DNA from: Eledone cirrhosa
Lineage: Eukaryota
Reading direction: 5' to 3'
Assembly: GCA_964016885.1 (NCBI GenBank)
Contig: OZ024741.1
Span: forward strand, 86,242,001-86,306,000
Length of the DNA: 64,000 nt
Shown: in pieces, positions 28,292 through 39,187 of the stretch
How the letters are laid out: each line of letters opens with the position of its first letter
Position numbering within the stretch: position 1 is the stretch's first letter
Made by a program: the position numbers and the translations under genes
Notes under the pieces: model-generated
What the model was told of the DNA's origin: nothing
Database searches by the model: none
What the model saw: only the letters and a program-made list of their open reading frames with translations

Positions 28292-28302
28292 ACACGCACA
28301 CG

Positions 28303-29398
28303 CGATAAATTTGGAAGTTTTTTTAAGGGAAAAGACTGAATATCTGAGCCAAAGATAAATTGGAACAATAGAAAGTGGCATAAAGATTATAACAATCAAA
28401 AGAGAAAATTTGCTCATCATCCAGCTCTGGAATTTGTCACATGTGGCCTTCATGGTATCCCTAAGGAGAACTCAAATGCCTCCTTAATCCTGTCAATCAT
28501 CTGGGTCTTGGTGTTACATAGGATTCCAATGAGGGGAGTTAGGAGGCCAAAGGTTGGGGCTGGTAAAGTCGAAAAAATTCTCTGACAATCACGGCGGTGC
28601 ATTCCTAGGGGTATGGCATGGAGCTGATCCTTGCTGCCACACATATGGTCTTCCAGAAGCCACCCTCTCCAACCAAGACTCAACCATGGTAATCTGCAAC
28701 TCCACATAGCCAGCTGAATTGAGCCTGAGACCCTGTTCAAAGATGTGAGATGGAATGATATCACCCTTACTGGAGATACATCCAAAAACCATTACAGTTT
28801 GGTGAGACTTGGTTTTCATGACATGAGGAATGTCATATGGATTGTAGGCAAGCCATCTATTGTTCTGGATGTTGTGGTCCTGACAAAAATTCATTTAATC
28901 AGAGAAGAGCCAGATTGTTCAACAGGATGTTTTACTTGTTCAGGTGTTTCTTTCCCTTTGTCAGACTGTTTTCTCGAATCTTTTCTGTAAGACGTTGGCC
29001 TTTACACCTCTTGTATGAGTGGGAGCAGAGATCCTCATTCAAGGCCAGATACATGGTGGAAGCTGCAACACTGATTTACTGAGCTAAAGCTTGTATTCCC
29101 TTGCATGGGTGTTCCATCACATTCTCCTGCAGTTGTTGGATAAATAGTGGTGTATGGAGGAATTAGAACATCTGCTGTGTTCTTTCCTATAAACCATGGT
29201 CTTATAGTCTCCATTGCAACTCTTCATTTGATGTCTTGTTGCTTCTCCAATATTCAGGTGGTTTTTTAGTTAACTTTGTCATCTTTAAAACTGTTGTGAT
29301 TAGGTTTTACAATGCTATTGCTTTTTTACAGATATAAGGGTATATCTGGAAAAAATGATAATTTAAGAATTAGACTCTATCAAAATTCTCCTGAACAC

Positions 29399-29402
<4 letters not shown>
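28303..29402 (-). mobile_element. Decayed Tc1/mariner DD37D (maT-like) transposon
   Basis: TVMVFGCISSKGDIIPSHIFEQGLRLNSAGYVE..WLERVASGRPYVWQQGSAPCHT; 5' end CAGGGTGTTCAGG (29402 downward); other TIR not found. Confidence 0.8.

Positions 29403-29485
<83 letters not shown>
29401..29485. repeat. Pure (TG)n microsatellite
   Basis: Directly visible. Confidence 0.98.
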
Positions 29486-29487
<2 letters not shown>

Positions 29488-31790
29488 AAGAACAGGGGAA
29501 GCAGGGTACATTACATAGAGACCAGGAGGGAAGCTAGGCGACAAGTATACTTAGCTAGAATGGAAGTGGAGGATAGAAAAATCAGCATATTTTGCAACAT
29601 GAGGACCAGAAACAGGTGGTGTTCAAGAGGCAGTGTGTCAGAGAGAATTGTGATGTCATTGGAGAGAAGTGTATCCGGAATGATAAAGGTGAGCTTGCCC
29701 TCACAAGTGCTGAGAAGAAAGATGCGTGTAAGAACCATTATGAAAGATTACTAAATGAAGAGAATGCATGGGAAAAAGAGACCCTACCCCAAGTGGACCC
29801 TATAGAGGGGCCAGCAGTAAAATTCAGCAGCAGCGTAGTAAGGCAATCAAAGATATGAAGACAGGGAAGGCAACCGGTCCATCAGGTATAGCTGCCGAGA
29901 TGCTGAAGGCTTCTGGGTCGGTAGGTCACACCATAATCACACGTATTGTTAACCAGCTAATACGAGAGGGTGTGATACCAAAGGATTAGTGCAGCAGCAT
30001 CATTGTCAACTACTACAAGGATAAAGGTGATGCAGTAGATAGAGGAAACTATAGAGGGACAAAGCTGATGGACCTGGTCATGAAAGTAACGGAAAGAGTT
30101 ATAGCACAGTTGATTAGGGACCGGGTGAAACTAGATGAGATGCAATTTGGGTTTGTACCAGGAAAAGGCACCACTGATGCCCTCTTCCTTGTGAGGCAGT
30201 TACAGGAAAAATACCTAGTTAAAAGTAAGCTGCTCTACCTGGCATTCATCGATCTGGAAAAGGCCTTCGACAGAGTCCCCCGTGCTATAATCTGGTGGGC
30301 TCTTGGAAAATTAGGAGTAGATGAATGGCTTGTGAAAGCTGTACAAGCCATGTATAGAGGAGCAGTCAGCAAAGTTAGGGTTAGCAATGACTATAGCGAG
30401 GAATTTAGCATACAGGTCGGTGTCCACCAGGGCTCTGTTCTTAGCCCTCTCCTGTTCATTATAGTTTGCCTGGCAATAACGGAGGAGTTTAAGACTGGAT
30501 GCCCATGGGAACTCCTATATGCGGATGATCTCGCACTTATAGCTGAATCTATGGTGGAACTAGAGAAGAAATTCTAAACATGGAAGCAGGGACTAGAAAG
30601 AAAGGGTCTCAAAGTCAACCTGACAAAGACTAAGGTTCTTGTAAGTAGATGACAAAACGGAACCCAGATCCCCTCAGGGAAATGGCCTTGCTCAGTTGTA
30701 GAAAAGGTGTAGGTAGGAACTCCATCCTCTGCCCCAAATGCTAGCAATGGGTACACAAGAGATGTAGTGGGATCTCAGGAAGCTTAACTAAAATTGTAGG
30801 CTTCATATGTAGCAGCTGCGCTGGGACAGCAAGCAGCAAACGGCCACAGGAAACAAGCACCACCAAACTTTGGGAGGGCTCTGTAGAAACAGTAGACAGC
30901 TTCTGCTACCTAGGTGACCGAATTAGCAGCGGAGGTGGGTGTTCGGAAAGTACAATAACTAGGGTAAGAACAGGATGGTAGAAGTTCAGGGAGCTACTGC
31001 CACTGCTAGCTGCAAAAGGCTTTCCCCTCAAAATGAAAGGCAGACTGTATGATGCATGTATACAAACAGCAATGTTACATGGTAGTGAGACCTGGGCGCT
31101 GTCTGTAGAAGACTTGCGTAGATTAGAAAGAAACGAAGCCTGCATGCTCCGATGGATGTGTAATAGTAATATATGCGAATGGCAAAGCATAAACGAATTG
31201 AGAGAGAGAGACTGAGCATAAGAGGAATCAAATGCTATGTGCAGGAAAAGAGGTTGTGTTGGTATGGACATGTGATGCGTATGAAGGATGACAGCTGCAT
31301 AAAAAGGTGCAGAGCACTAGAAGTTGATGGAAGCCGCGGAGTGGGGAGACCACAAAAGACCTGGGATGAGGTGATAAAAGCCGACTTTACCCAATTGCAC
31401 CTCTCAAGGGCGATGTCACACGACTGTGACCTCTGGCGCGACGCAGTAATACTGAAGACCCGACTTCCCACGGGTACAAGCCGAAGCTGAAGCATATAGA
31501 CAAGATGCCCCCACCTCCTCCCACTGCAAAATAGTCGTGGAGGTGACACGGCAAAAAAGCACCCAGCTCGCACTGTAAAGTGGACGTGTAGATGCCACGG
31601 AAAAAAAGCACCCAGCACTCACTGTAAATCAGGTTGGTGTTAGGAAGGGCATCCAGCTGTAGAAATCAAGCCAGAATCAGTTCTCGTATGAGCAAGACAA
31701 TGTTAGCCGACTGGACACTGCCCACAACAGGACAACCCGTCTAACCCATGCTAGCGTGGAAGAACGGATGTAAAACGGTGATGATGATAT
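29486..31790 (+). mobile_element. 5'-truncated, decayed RTE LINE (family B, sister of family A)
   Basis: REARRQVYLAR, FIDLEKAFD, GVHQGSVLSPLLF, YADD, AMLHGSETW, GRPQKTW with stops and frameshifts; complete 3'UTR with stem-loop and (GAT)n. Confidence 0.94.
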
Positions 31791-32228
31791 ATAACCAGGG
31801 AGTGTATATCCCCTTTAACGATATCTAAACAGTATAACCTACCTCCCTTATGTCCACTCACTCTTCCGTGACAAACTGATGACCAGCAGAAACTCCCTAC
31901 CCCTAGTACAACACCGCATTCTTTCATGTCCTATCATGCACCGCCTTACCACAATCACATCACACACAGCACCTCCGCCTCATCACATACACACCGACAT
32001 GTCTATGGCAAGCCAAAACTCCACACCCCGCAACTCACATCAACTATTCATCCCCGCAACTCACATCAACTATTCATCCCCACAACTCACATCAACCATT
32101 CATCCCCACCACCTATCACATTCCTCATAGCTAAACCACCAATCAAAACAACATAAATTGACCACCATATGAACCCGAAATGTTAGACATTTATATGCCA
32201 TATGTTTATTCTGTCATTACAACAGCAG

Positions 32229-32304
32229 AGGTCTGACGAGCTTTTGATTCCAGATCGATACAGATCGAACCATGAGCTGGTCAATAGTGAAACACGTATC
32301 ACTA
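32229..32304 (+). ncRNA. Degenerate type-I hammerhead with extended stem II (probable PLE pLTR remnant, ~31800-32340)
   Basis: GGU-CUGACGA-GCUUUUGAUUCCAG...CUGGUCAAUAGU-GAAA-CACGUA-UC^ACU; near-palindromic ACACGUAU stem III; 3-bp stem I; AATAAA 8 nt downstream. Confidence 0.6.
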
Positions 32305-32344
32305 ATCAATAAATGTAATGAAGGCTTAACAAATTGTATTAGCA

Positions 32345-32535
32345 ATATCGGTAGAAGGTCGGACATCATGCTTTCCAGCATAGTTACGTCCCTTTACAAT
32401 CAGTTCAAATCCCGCCAAAGTTAACTTTGCCTTTCATCCTACGGGGTTGATAAAATAAAGTACCTTTAATGTACTGGGTAATTGCTGGCCTTGTGCCCAA
32501 AGTAGAAACAATTATTATATTATTATTATTATTAT
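32345..32535 (+). mobile_element. tRNA-head SINE with Nin-like central domain (other copies on minus: ~41015-41070, 43745-43865, 55420-55606, 60305-60425)
   Basis: B-box GTTCAAATCCC followed by GCCTTTCATCCT.CGGGGT.GATAAAATAAAGTACC and tail TTGCTGGCCTTGTGCC..AGAAACAATTATT. Confidence 0.7.
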
Positions 32536-32545
32536 ATATATATAC

Positions 32546-32585
<40 letters not shown>

Positions 32586-32720
32586 ATATATATGTATGTG
32601 TGTGTGTATGTATGTATGTATATATATATATATATATATGTGTGTATATGTATGTATATATGTGTGTGTGTGTGTGTATATGTATGTATATATATATATA
32701 TATATGTATGTGTGTATATA

Positions 32721-33172
32721 TGGGAGATAAGGCGGCTGGATATTGAGACAGGACGCTTCACCAGAGAGCCAAGAAGATCAAGGAGGGCAAGGCTCATGGA
32801 GACAATGGAGTGGAATCAGAGGTGATGAAGAGGTGTGATTTTGATATCATCCTGGGGTTCTGTAACCAGGCACTGGAGAAAGGAGTTGCCCTGAATCAGT
32901 GAAGGATCAGTAACATTGTCCCAGTGCCAAAGAAGGGAGATCTCTCCAACACTAACAACTACAGGGGGGATCTCACTTGTGGCAAAGACCCTCAACAGGA
33001 TGATTCTTAACAGGATCCAGCCTGAGATGGAGAAGAAGCTCAGGGACAACTAGAACAGCTTCAGAGAGGGAATATCAACCACCAGTCACATCCTGATGCC
33101 GAGGAGGATATTAGGAGCTAGAGCAAAGTGCCTTCCTGCAGTCATGGTTTTCAAGGCTTTTGATTCTGTGGA
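32721..33172 (+). mobile_element. RTE RT fragment
   Basis: IVPVPKKGDLSNTNNY..AKTLNRMILNRIQPEMEKKLRDN..FKAFDSV. Confidence 0.8.
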
Positions 33173-33232
33173 TATGTATATGTATGTATCTATATATAAA
33201 TGTGTATATATACATATATGTAAATATGTATG

Positions 33233-33290
<58 letters not shown>

Positions 33291-33308
33291 TATGTATGTA
33301 TATATATT

Positions 33309-33362
<54 letters not shown>

Positions 33363-33729
33363 CATCCCAATTAAATACAAAGGCACAAACTCTCACACAC
33401 GCATACACACTTACATATATATATATATATATAAATAAACACAAATAAACACACACACATACACGAGTAGCCCTGCCTAATGCACTCAAACACTTTACGC
33501 ATACATCCACGTAAAGAAATAGGGCCGATGTTTATTTATACCCGACATCTCAGATCACAACACCGTATTTTTTGTTGAATCACTAGTCTGAAGAACAGAT
33601 CAATAATGGAGTTGGGTCCATAACTTCTATGTGTGGCCATGAGCCAGTCTGTGAAATGTGCATAACAGGACGATACACAACCCCCCCCCCCCCCCAAACA
33701 AACAAACAAATACATGAAATGAAAATTCA

Positions 33730-34430
33730 TTGTTTTTACATGTTTTTCCACAGTCGCATGGGTTGGACAAGTTTTTTTTTCTCGCACAGCATATCTCCAC
33801 TCATCGCATTCCTTCATCATCTTCCCTGTGAGTCTCAGCAATTTGAGATCAGCTCGTACCACATCTGCCCAGGTCTTCCTTGGTCTACCTCTATTGCAGC
33901 TTCTTTCCACTGGGATTTCCTGGCACTTCTTCACCAAGTGTTCATCATCCATGCACATCAAATGTCTGTACCAACACTGTTTTCTCTCTTGCACACCACT
34001 TCCTATTCTTCTTAAGCCCAGTTTCTCCCTCATTTCATCCAAGATCTGCCTCTCTCTCACATTTACATCGCACATCCAACTAAGCATGGTTGCTTCATTT
34101 CTTTCCAGCCTACGTATGTCCTTTGCAATCACTACTCATGTTTCACTACCATGCAGCATCGCACTTCACACACAGGCATCATACAGCCACCCTTTTTTTA
34201 CGTAGAGAGAAACCTTTTGTGGTCAACAGTGGGAGTAGCTCTTTAAGCCTCTTCCATCTTATCTTTATTATAGCTATTATGCTCTCAGAGCACCCACCTC
34301 CACTGATAATTAGGTTACCTAGATAGCACAAGCTATCAATCACTTCTATGGATCCTACATGTGATTGGAAAGGGTTTATATCATGCAGTGCTGAAGAAGA
34401 CCCGACCTGCAGCTTACAATGTGACCTGAC
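33730..34430 (-). mobile_element. Decayed RTE 3' fragment
   Basis: DIRRLERNEATMLSWMC..GRPRKTWADVVRADLK; YLGNLI; AMLHGSET. Confidence 0.85.
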
Positions 34431-34494
34431 CTAGCTCTCCCTAACAGTTATTCTCAATTTCACTACCCCCCCCCCCCACACACACACACATTAC

Positions 34495-34890
34495 TGGCAG
34501 TTCACTCCTTGTGAAGTGGTTGGTGATAGGAAGGGCTTCCAACCATAGAAAACTTACCAAAGGGTCGGGAGTACCCTCCAATCATGCTAAGACCCTGACA
34601 ACTTCCCTAGTATTGGTGATTTACAGCCTAAACGCACCCAGTACACACTGTAAAGTGGTTGGTGACAGGAAAGACAGCCAGCTCTAGAAATCTTGCCAAA
34701 TAATGGGTTGGGAGGACCCTCAGTTGTGTAGGAGGTATGACAACCTCTCATGACCACTCAATGATACGTAAGCACACAGGTCCCTGGTTTGATCAGTGGC
34801 TCTGCTTCAGTACGAACTAGGTCTATATGGACTCCTCCAACTTTTGCTAGCAGGGAAAGCGGATGTTAAAATGACAATGATAATGATATA
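34495..34890 (+). mobile_element. RTE/SINE-type 3'UTR with ~120-bp tandem subunits (related copies ~53700-54078 and 60430-60530/60940-61062)
   Basis: Repeated GTGGTTGGTGA.AGGAA...AGAAA.CTT.CCAAA..GGGAG.ACCCTC units and a terminal GCTAGCAGGGAAAGCGGATGTTAAAATGA tail. Confidence 0.65.
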
Positions 34891-35048
34891 CACACACCCA
34901 CACACATATATATGCATACATATATGTGCCACCACACCCAAACTATAACCTGGTTTAATCCTCCACACAATGCTGAGGTCACCACACCAATTGTAAGAAC
35001 CTTCTTCACACTCCATTCAATCTCTACATTTATCAGTCTCTCATAATT

Positions 35049-35087
<39 letters not shown>

Positions 35088-35295
35088 TCACACATTTGGC
35101 AAAAATGAGTTGTACCTGTAGTTCAAAGGGCCAGCCTTGTCACACAGTGTCACACTGAATCTCCCTGAGAACTATGTAATGGATACACGTGTCTGGAATG
35201 CTCAACCACTTACATGTTAAATCTCATGAGCAGGCTGTTTTGTTGATCGGATGAACTTGAACACTCATAACTAACTGAGTGGCTCCATACACACA

Positions 35296-35519
35296 CATTA
35301 AAAAAAGACGCCAAATACATTAATACATTAAATGTTAATTAACGAACGTTTCATCCCCTCCTGTAAACAATTCCTTTGGATGTTCGCTGTAATGTTTTGC
35401 GGTGAGATTATAATGAGGTTTCTATATTGAATATCTGGTTTTGATAAGTCCCAGGAGGGGATGGAACATTCGTTAATCAGCATTTAATGTATTAATGTAT
35501 TTGGTGTCTTTTTTTAATG
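35296..35519. repeat. 68-bp inverted repeat with 88-bp spacer (foldback/MITE-like)
   Basis: 35296-35363 vs reverse complement of 35452-35519: 5 mismatches, all transitions. Confidence 0.9.
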
Positions 35520-35759
35520 AATAATTTGCTTCTAATGTAATAGTTATTTTTGGTACAATAGGAGTTAATATACAGACCTTTTTGGAAAATTCTTTCAGAA
35601 GGGTTGATACATAGCCTTTTGTTTTGCTTATTATGATAAATTACTCTATTTTGAGCTGTGTTTAACCTCTCCACCTATGGTTATAACTTTTTATATTGTT
35701 TTTGTGGAAAATGATATATATTTCATATATATATATGTGTGTGTGTATGTGTTTACATA

Positions 35760-35972
35760 TTAACTTTTAATTTTCTGTAACATTGCATTACCAAGACATT
35801 CTTGAAAAGTACAAAATAGCACTGTGATGACTTTCATATGAAACATTCAAGTCCTTACTCTAATACTGCAAGTTTTCACAACAATCTGTTCAATAGATAC
35901 TGCAAACATTTGAATTAACAAATCCACAATTAGATATTTTCTGCTAAATCATCACAGGATGTTAAGAGTTAA
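35760..35972. mobile_element. TTAA-bounded MITE family 1 (copies ~43349-43541 and ~47590-47818)
   Basis: Termini TTAACTCTTAACATCCTGT / ACAGGATGTTAAGAGTTAA reconstructed from two copies; shared internal CTTGAAAAGTA.AAAA.AGCACT..CTAATACTGCAA..CTGCTAAATC. Confidence 0.75.
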
Positions 35973-36119
35973 TTGTAACTATAAAACCTGGACATTCTTT
36001 TATTTTCTTACGGGTTTCAATCATTGGACTGCAGATATACTGGGCATGACCATCATGGCACCAATAAAAATGCTAAAACTTACATTACTATAATGGTCAA
36101 TATTTTTTTTTTTTTTCAG

Positions 36120-36182
36120 GTGTGCTTTCTTATATTGGATATTTAAAAAGTATTGGAAGATTTAATTTACTTTGATCGCCTG
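36120..36182 (+). other. Candidate 63-nt non-coding exon
   Basis: Long T-tract + CAG acceptor and CTG|GTAAGT donor; all three frames contain a stop. Confidence 0.35.
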
Positions 36183-36354
36183 GTAAGTTTACCTTTTCAT
36201 CCATTTTTCCATGTGTTTATGGTATATTTGTTAGAACAGTTATTTTTACAGTTGTAAATATTACCTATTGTGAAATGATATCAATCTGCCTAAAACCGCT
36301 TCTGGTTCTATGATGAAAAAAATTGTTTCTTTTAAATTGAAATCTATCATAATT

Positions 36355-37887
36355 TTATGTAAGAACCTTTTCTTAAGTTATGTTCTAAATACCAACTTAG
36401 TAATGAGAAAGTTAGTTAAACTACTGAGTCCTTCCAAATTTTTGATTATAATTAAAACTAGCAGCCTACATACAATTGACCATGTGAGAAACAGCCCTCT
36501 TCTAGATGAGACCAACAACCTGCAGGGTTTGACCTTGGGATTTGTAATTGTTTGAAACAAAAAGGGACATCTTTTGGTATTAGAAGTATTCTAGGTATAA
36601 ATATGCTGTCTTCCTTACCACATCCAGTGAAGATTTTGGCTTTTGATAATGTGGGGCTGTAGCTCAGTCACAACCATATGCGTCCCATTGCACAGTCATG
36701 GCTGATCCAGCTTTCTGAGAAGCATGATGAGTGTGGTCTTCTTCAATTCAAGGTTGTGTGGCAGCATACTGAACAGTTCCATACTGTTGAGAAATTGTGA
36801 TGCTTTTGGGTGCAAGGATTGCTCTTTCACGCAGCCACTCATTGGAATGGTGGATTTCAAAATTGGGGAACACTTGATTAAGTTTACAACGCTTTCCACA
36901 ACAGTAGAACATGATGAATGATCAAAACATCCTTCAGTATCAAGGCATTGCTTTTCTATAAATCGAAACAGCTGAGAGATGCTTATCTGTAATTCAAGGG
37001 TCACCCTTACTCCCTGCTTCCGTTTTCGAGGGAAAGGAATTGTTGGCGAGTGTGTCAGATTGGTTGAAAACAAACAAAAAACCTAGAAAAGAAAAAAAAT
37101 TTCCACAGAAGAAATCACCGAGGCTGGGAAAATTGGTGGATCCCCCTTGTCCGTCTCTACTGCTGATATATCAGCTGTGTTGGATGTTGGACACTTTGTC
37201 GGACATATTTTATTTTTGTTGTGCAAACATGGTAGCATCAGAACCATTGTTGATGTATTTGCACACATACTTTATAGGTTTCCCCCCCTCACCCTCGAAT
37301 TCTGTTTTCGGGAAAAAAAGATGAGTGCGAGCATGTTGGAGGTCACATTAGTTGAAAACACCCCAAAAAGCCTAAGAAAAATAATTTTCTCCATGATCCT
37401 CAGTGGGTGCTTTTCTATAAATTAAAAGGGCCGAGAGGTGCTTAACTCTAACTCCAAGAGTTCTCTTCACTTCTCGCCTCCACTTTTGGAAAAAGGAGTC
37501 ATTAGCGAGTGAATTAGAACAACAACAACAACAATCACCTGTTATAGTGAAAGTATTTTTTAAAGTCTGTGTTGCATTGTTGGATATAACATGCATTACA
37601 TTTTAGTTAGTTATAGAGGTGGGAGGTGGAATGAGTGAAAGCTGGAGTAGTATTTCACTCTCTCTATATAAATATCATGACAGACGAACAGACAGTACAT
37701 GGGTGCTAGAAAGAGCAGTAAATTCTCCCCCAATTCATGCCCCCCATTCCATTTTTGGAAAATAAGTCGACAGTGAGCTTGGAGGTCAGATTAGTTGAAA
37801 ATCCATGAAAAACCTTATCAATTTTATTTAGTGTTATTTGTGATCAACGTACAAACAAACAAACTTCCTTTTTATAAGGCTATAGAT
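36355..37887 (-). mobile_element. Decayed Helitron: PIF1-type helicase C-terminus (~36355-36830) and probable 5' end
   Basis: FLNSMELFSMLPHNLELKKTTLIMLLRKLDQP*LCNGT..IFIPRILLIPKDVPFCFK..KSQGQTLQV..GCFSHGQLYVGC; 5' TCTATAGCCTTATAAAAAGGAAGTTTGTTTGTTTG at ~37886. Confidence 0.82.
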
Positions 37888-38457
37888 TATTTGAAAATTA
37901 TAGGCAGTATATTTCATTAGAAACATGGCAACAAGAGTGTTGATCTGTTTGATCAGGCAATGTTGGGACATAGCTGAAGGTTTGAACTTGTATGTATGTG
38001 GTCAGTAGTCCAGCATTTAAATTGGCCGTGTCCGGCCAGAATTCTCTCACCTCTTTCTGTTCAAACTGGCTCCTCATACTTATGTTAAGGTATTGTTCTC
38101 AAAATAAACAATATCAAAATCTCATAGATTCGATATTATGAGAGAATTATGTGAGGTAAAGCCTTTACCATGAAAATACAATAGTAAATATAGAATAATG
38201 TAAATGCTAAAGGGTTAATTTCACAGCTATTGTACCTCCTGTTTTATTATGTATTTATTCTACGAGTTGTTTTTATGTAAGGGTTTAGATTAATTTAATA
38301 ATTTGTTTCAAAACTTTAAAGTATTTTCCCTTTTTAATTTTTTCATATTGCATTAATTCATTACAACTAATAAAGTGCATTTACTTCAGTAGAAATTTAC
38401 TAGCGAGAGATTTTTAAGTGTTAACCATAACTTCATATGAAACAATGCTGTATTTAA

Positions 38458-38662
38458 CCCTTTAGCATTGAAACCGGCCATATCCGGCCAGAATTCTCTC
38501 ACCTCTTTCTGTTCGAACCGACTGTAACTGGCTATTCATGCTTATGTTAAGGTATTGTTCTTAAAATAAATATCAAAATCTCATAGATTCAATATTATGT
38601 GGGGTAAAAACTTTACTGCGAAAATGCAATAGTAAATATAGAGTAATGTAAATACTAAAGGG
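38458..38662 (+). mobile_element. piggyBac-type MITE family 2, complete (left-truncated copy 38012-38214; right end only at ~41070-41133)
   Basis: TTAA-CCCTTTAGCATT ... AATACTAAAGGG-TTAA. Confidence 0.88.
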
Positions 38663-39187
38663 TTAAAACTATTCAATTGTGTGCCAACACTGTAAAACTG
38701 AATAAGTAATGATGATGATCTGAAATATTTTTATAATTGAATGTAATGATTGTAGCAAAATAAAAAAAATAAAAAAATTGTGTGGTAAATAGAAAGCTTT
38801 AAACAAAAGAAATGTAACAGTTTGGATTAAATCTAAATTCATTTCATTTAGTCAAGACTGCTGCTATCTTAGCTAATTAAATAACATAACAATGATACAG
38901 CTTATTTATATATGTAGACCACTAGATATATTTTCTAAGAAAGCAGCAGAGCATGTGGCTAATATGTTTAGTTTCAGCTTAATTTTTTTTTTGCCTTTCA
39001 TATATCTAGGATTGATTAAATACCAACAATAAACTACATCTTTTCTTGCTTATAGAATCTATTTTATCTTGTCTTTAGTTTCTCTTTTTGATAACCAAAC
39101 AGTTTCTCCTTAAATATATTATGAAATTTGTTTCAATCAATTAATCAGCTGCTATCACGTTACTTGGTGCAGACTACATAAGTTATG

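Noticed and set aside
31876-31900. CTGATGA..GAAA spacing
   Set aside because: No stem II, III or I pairing.
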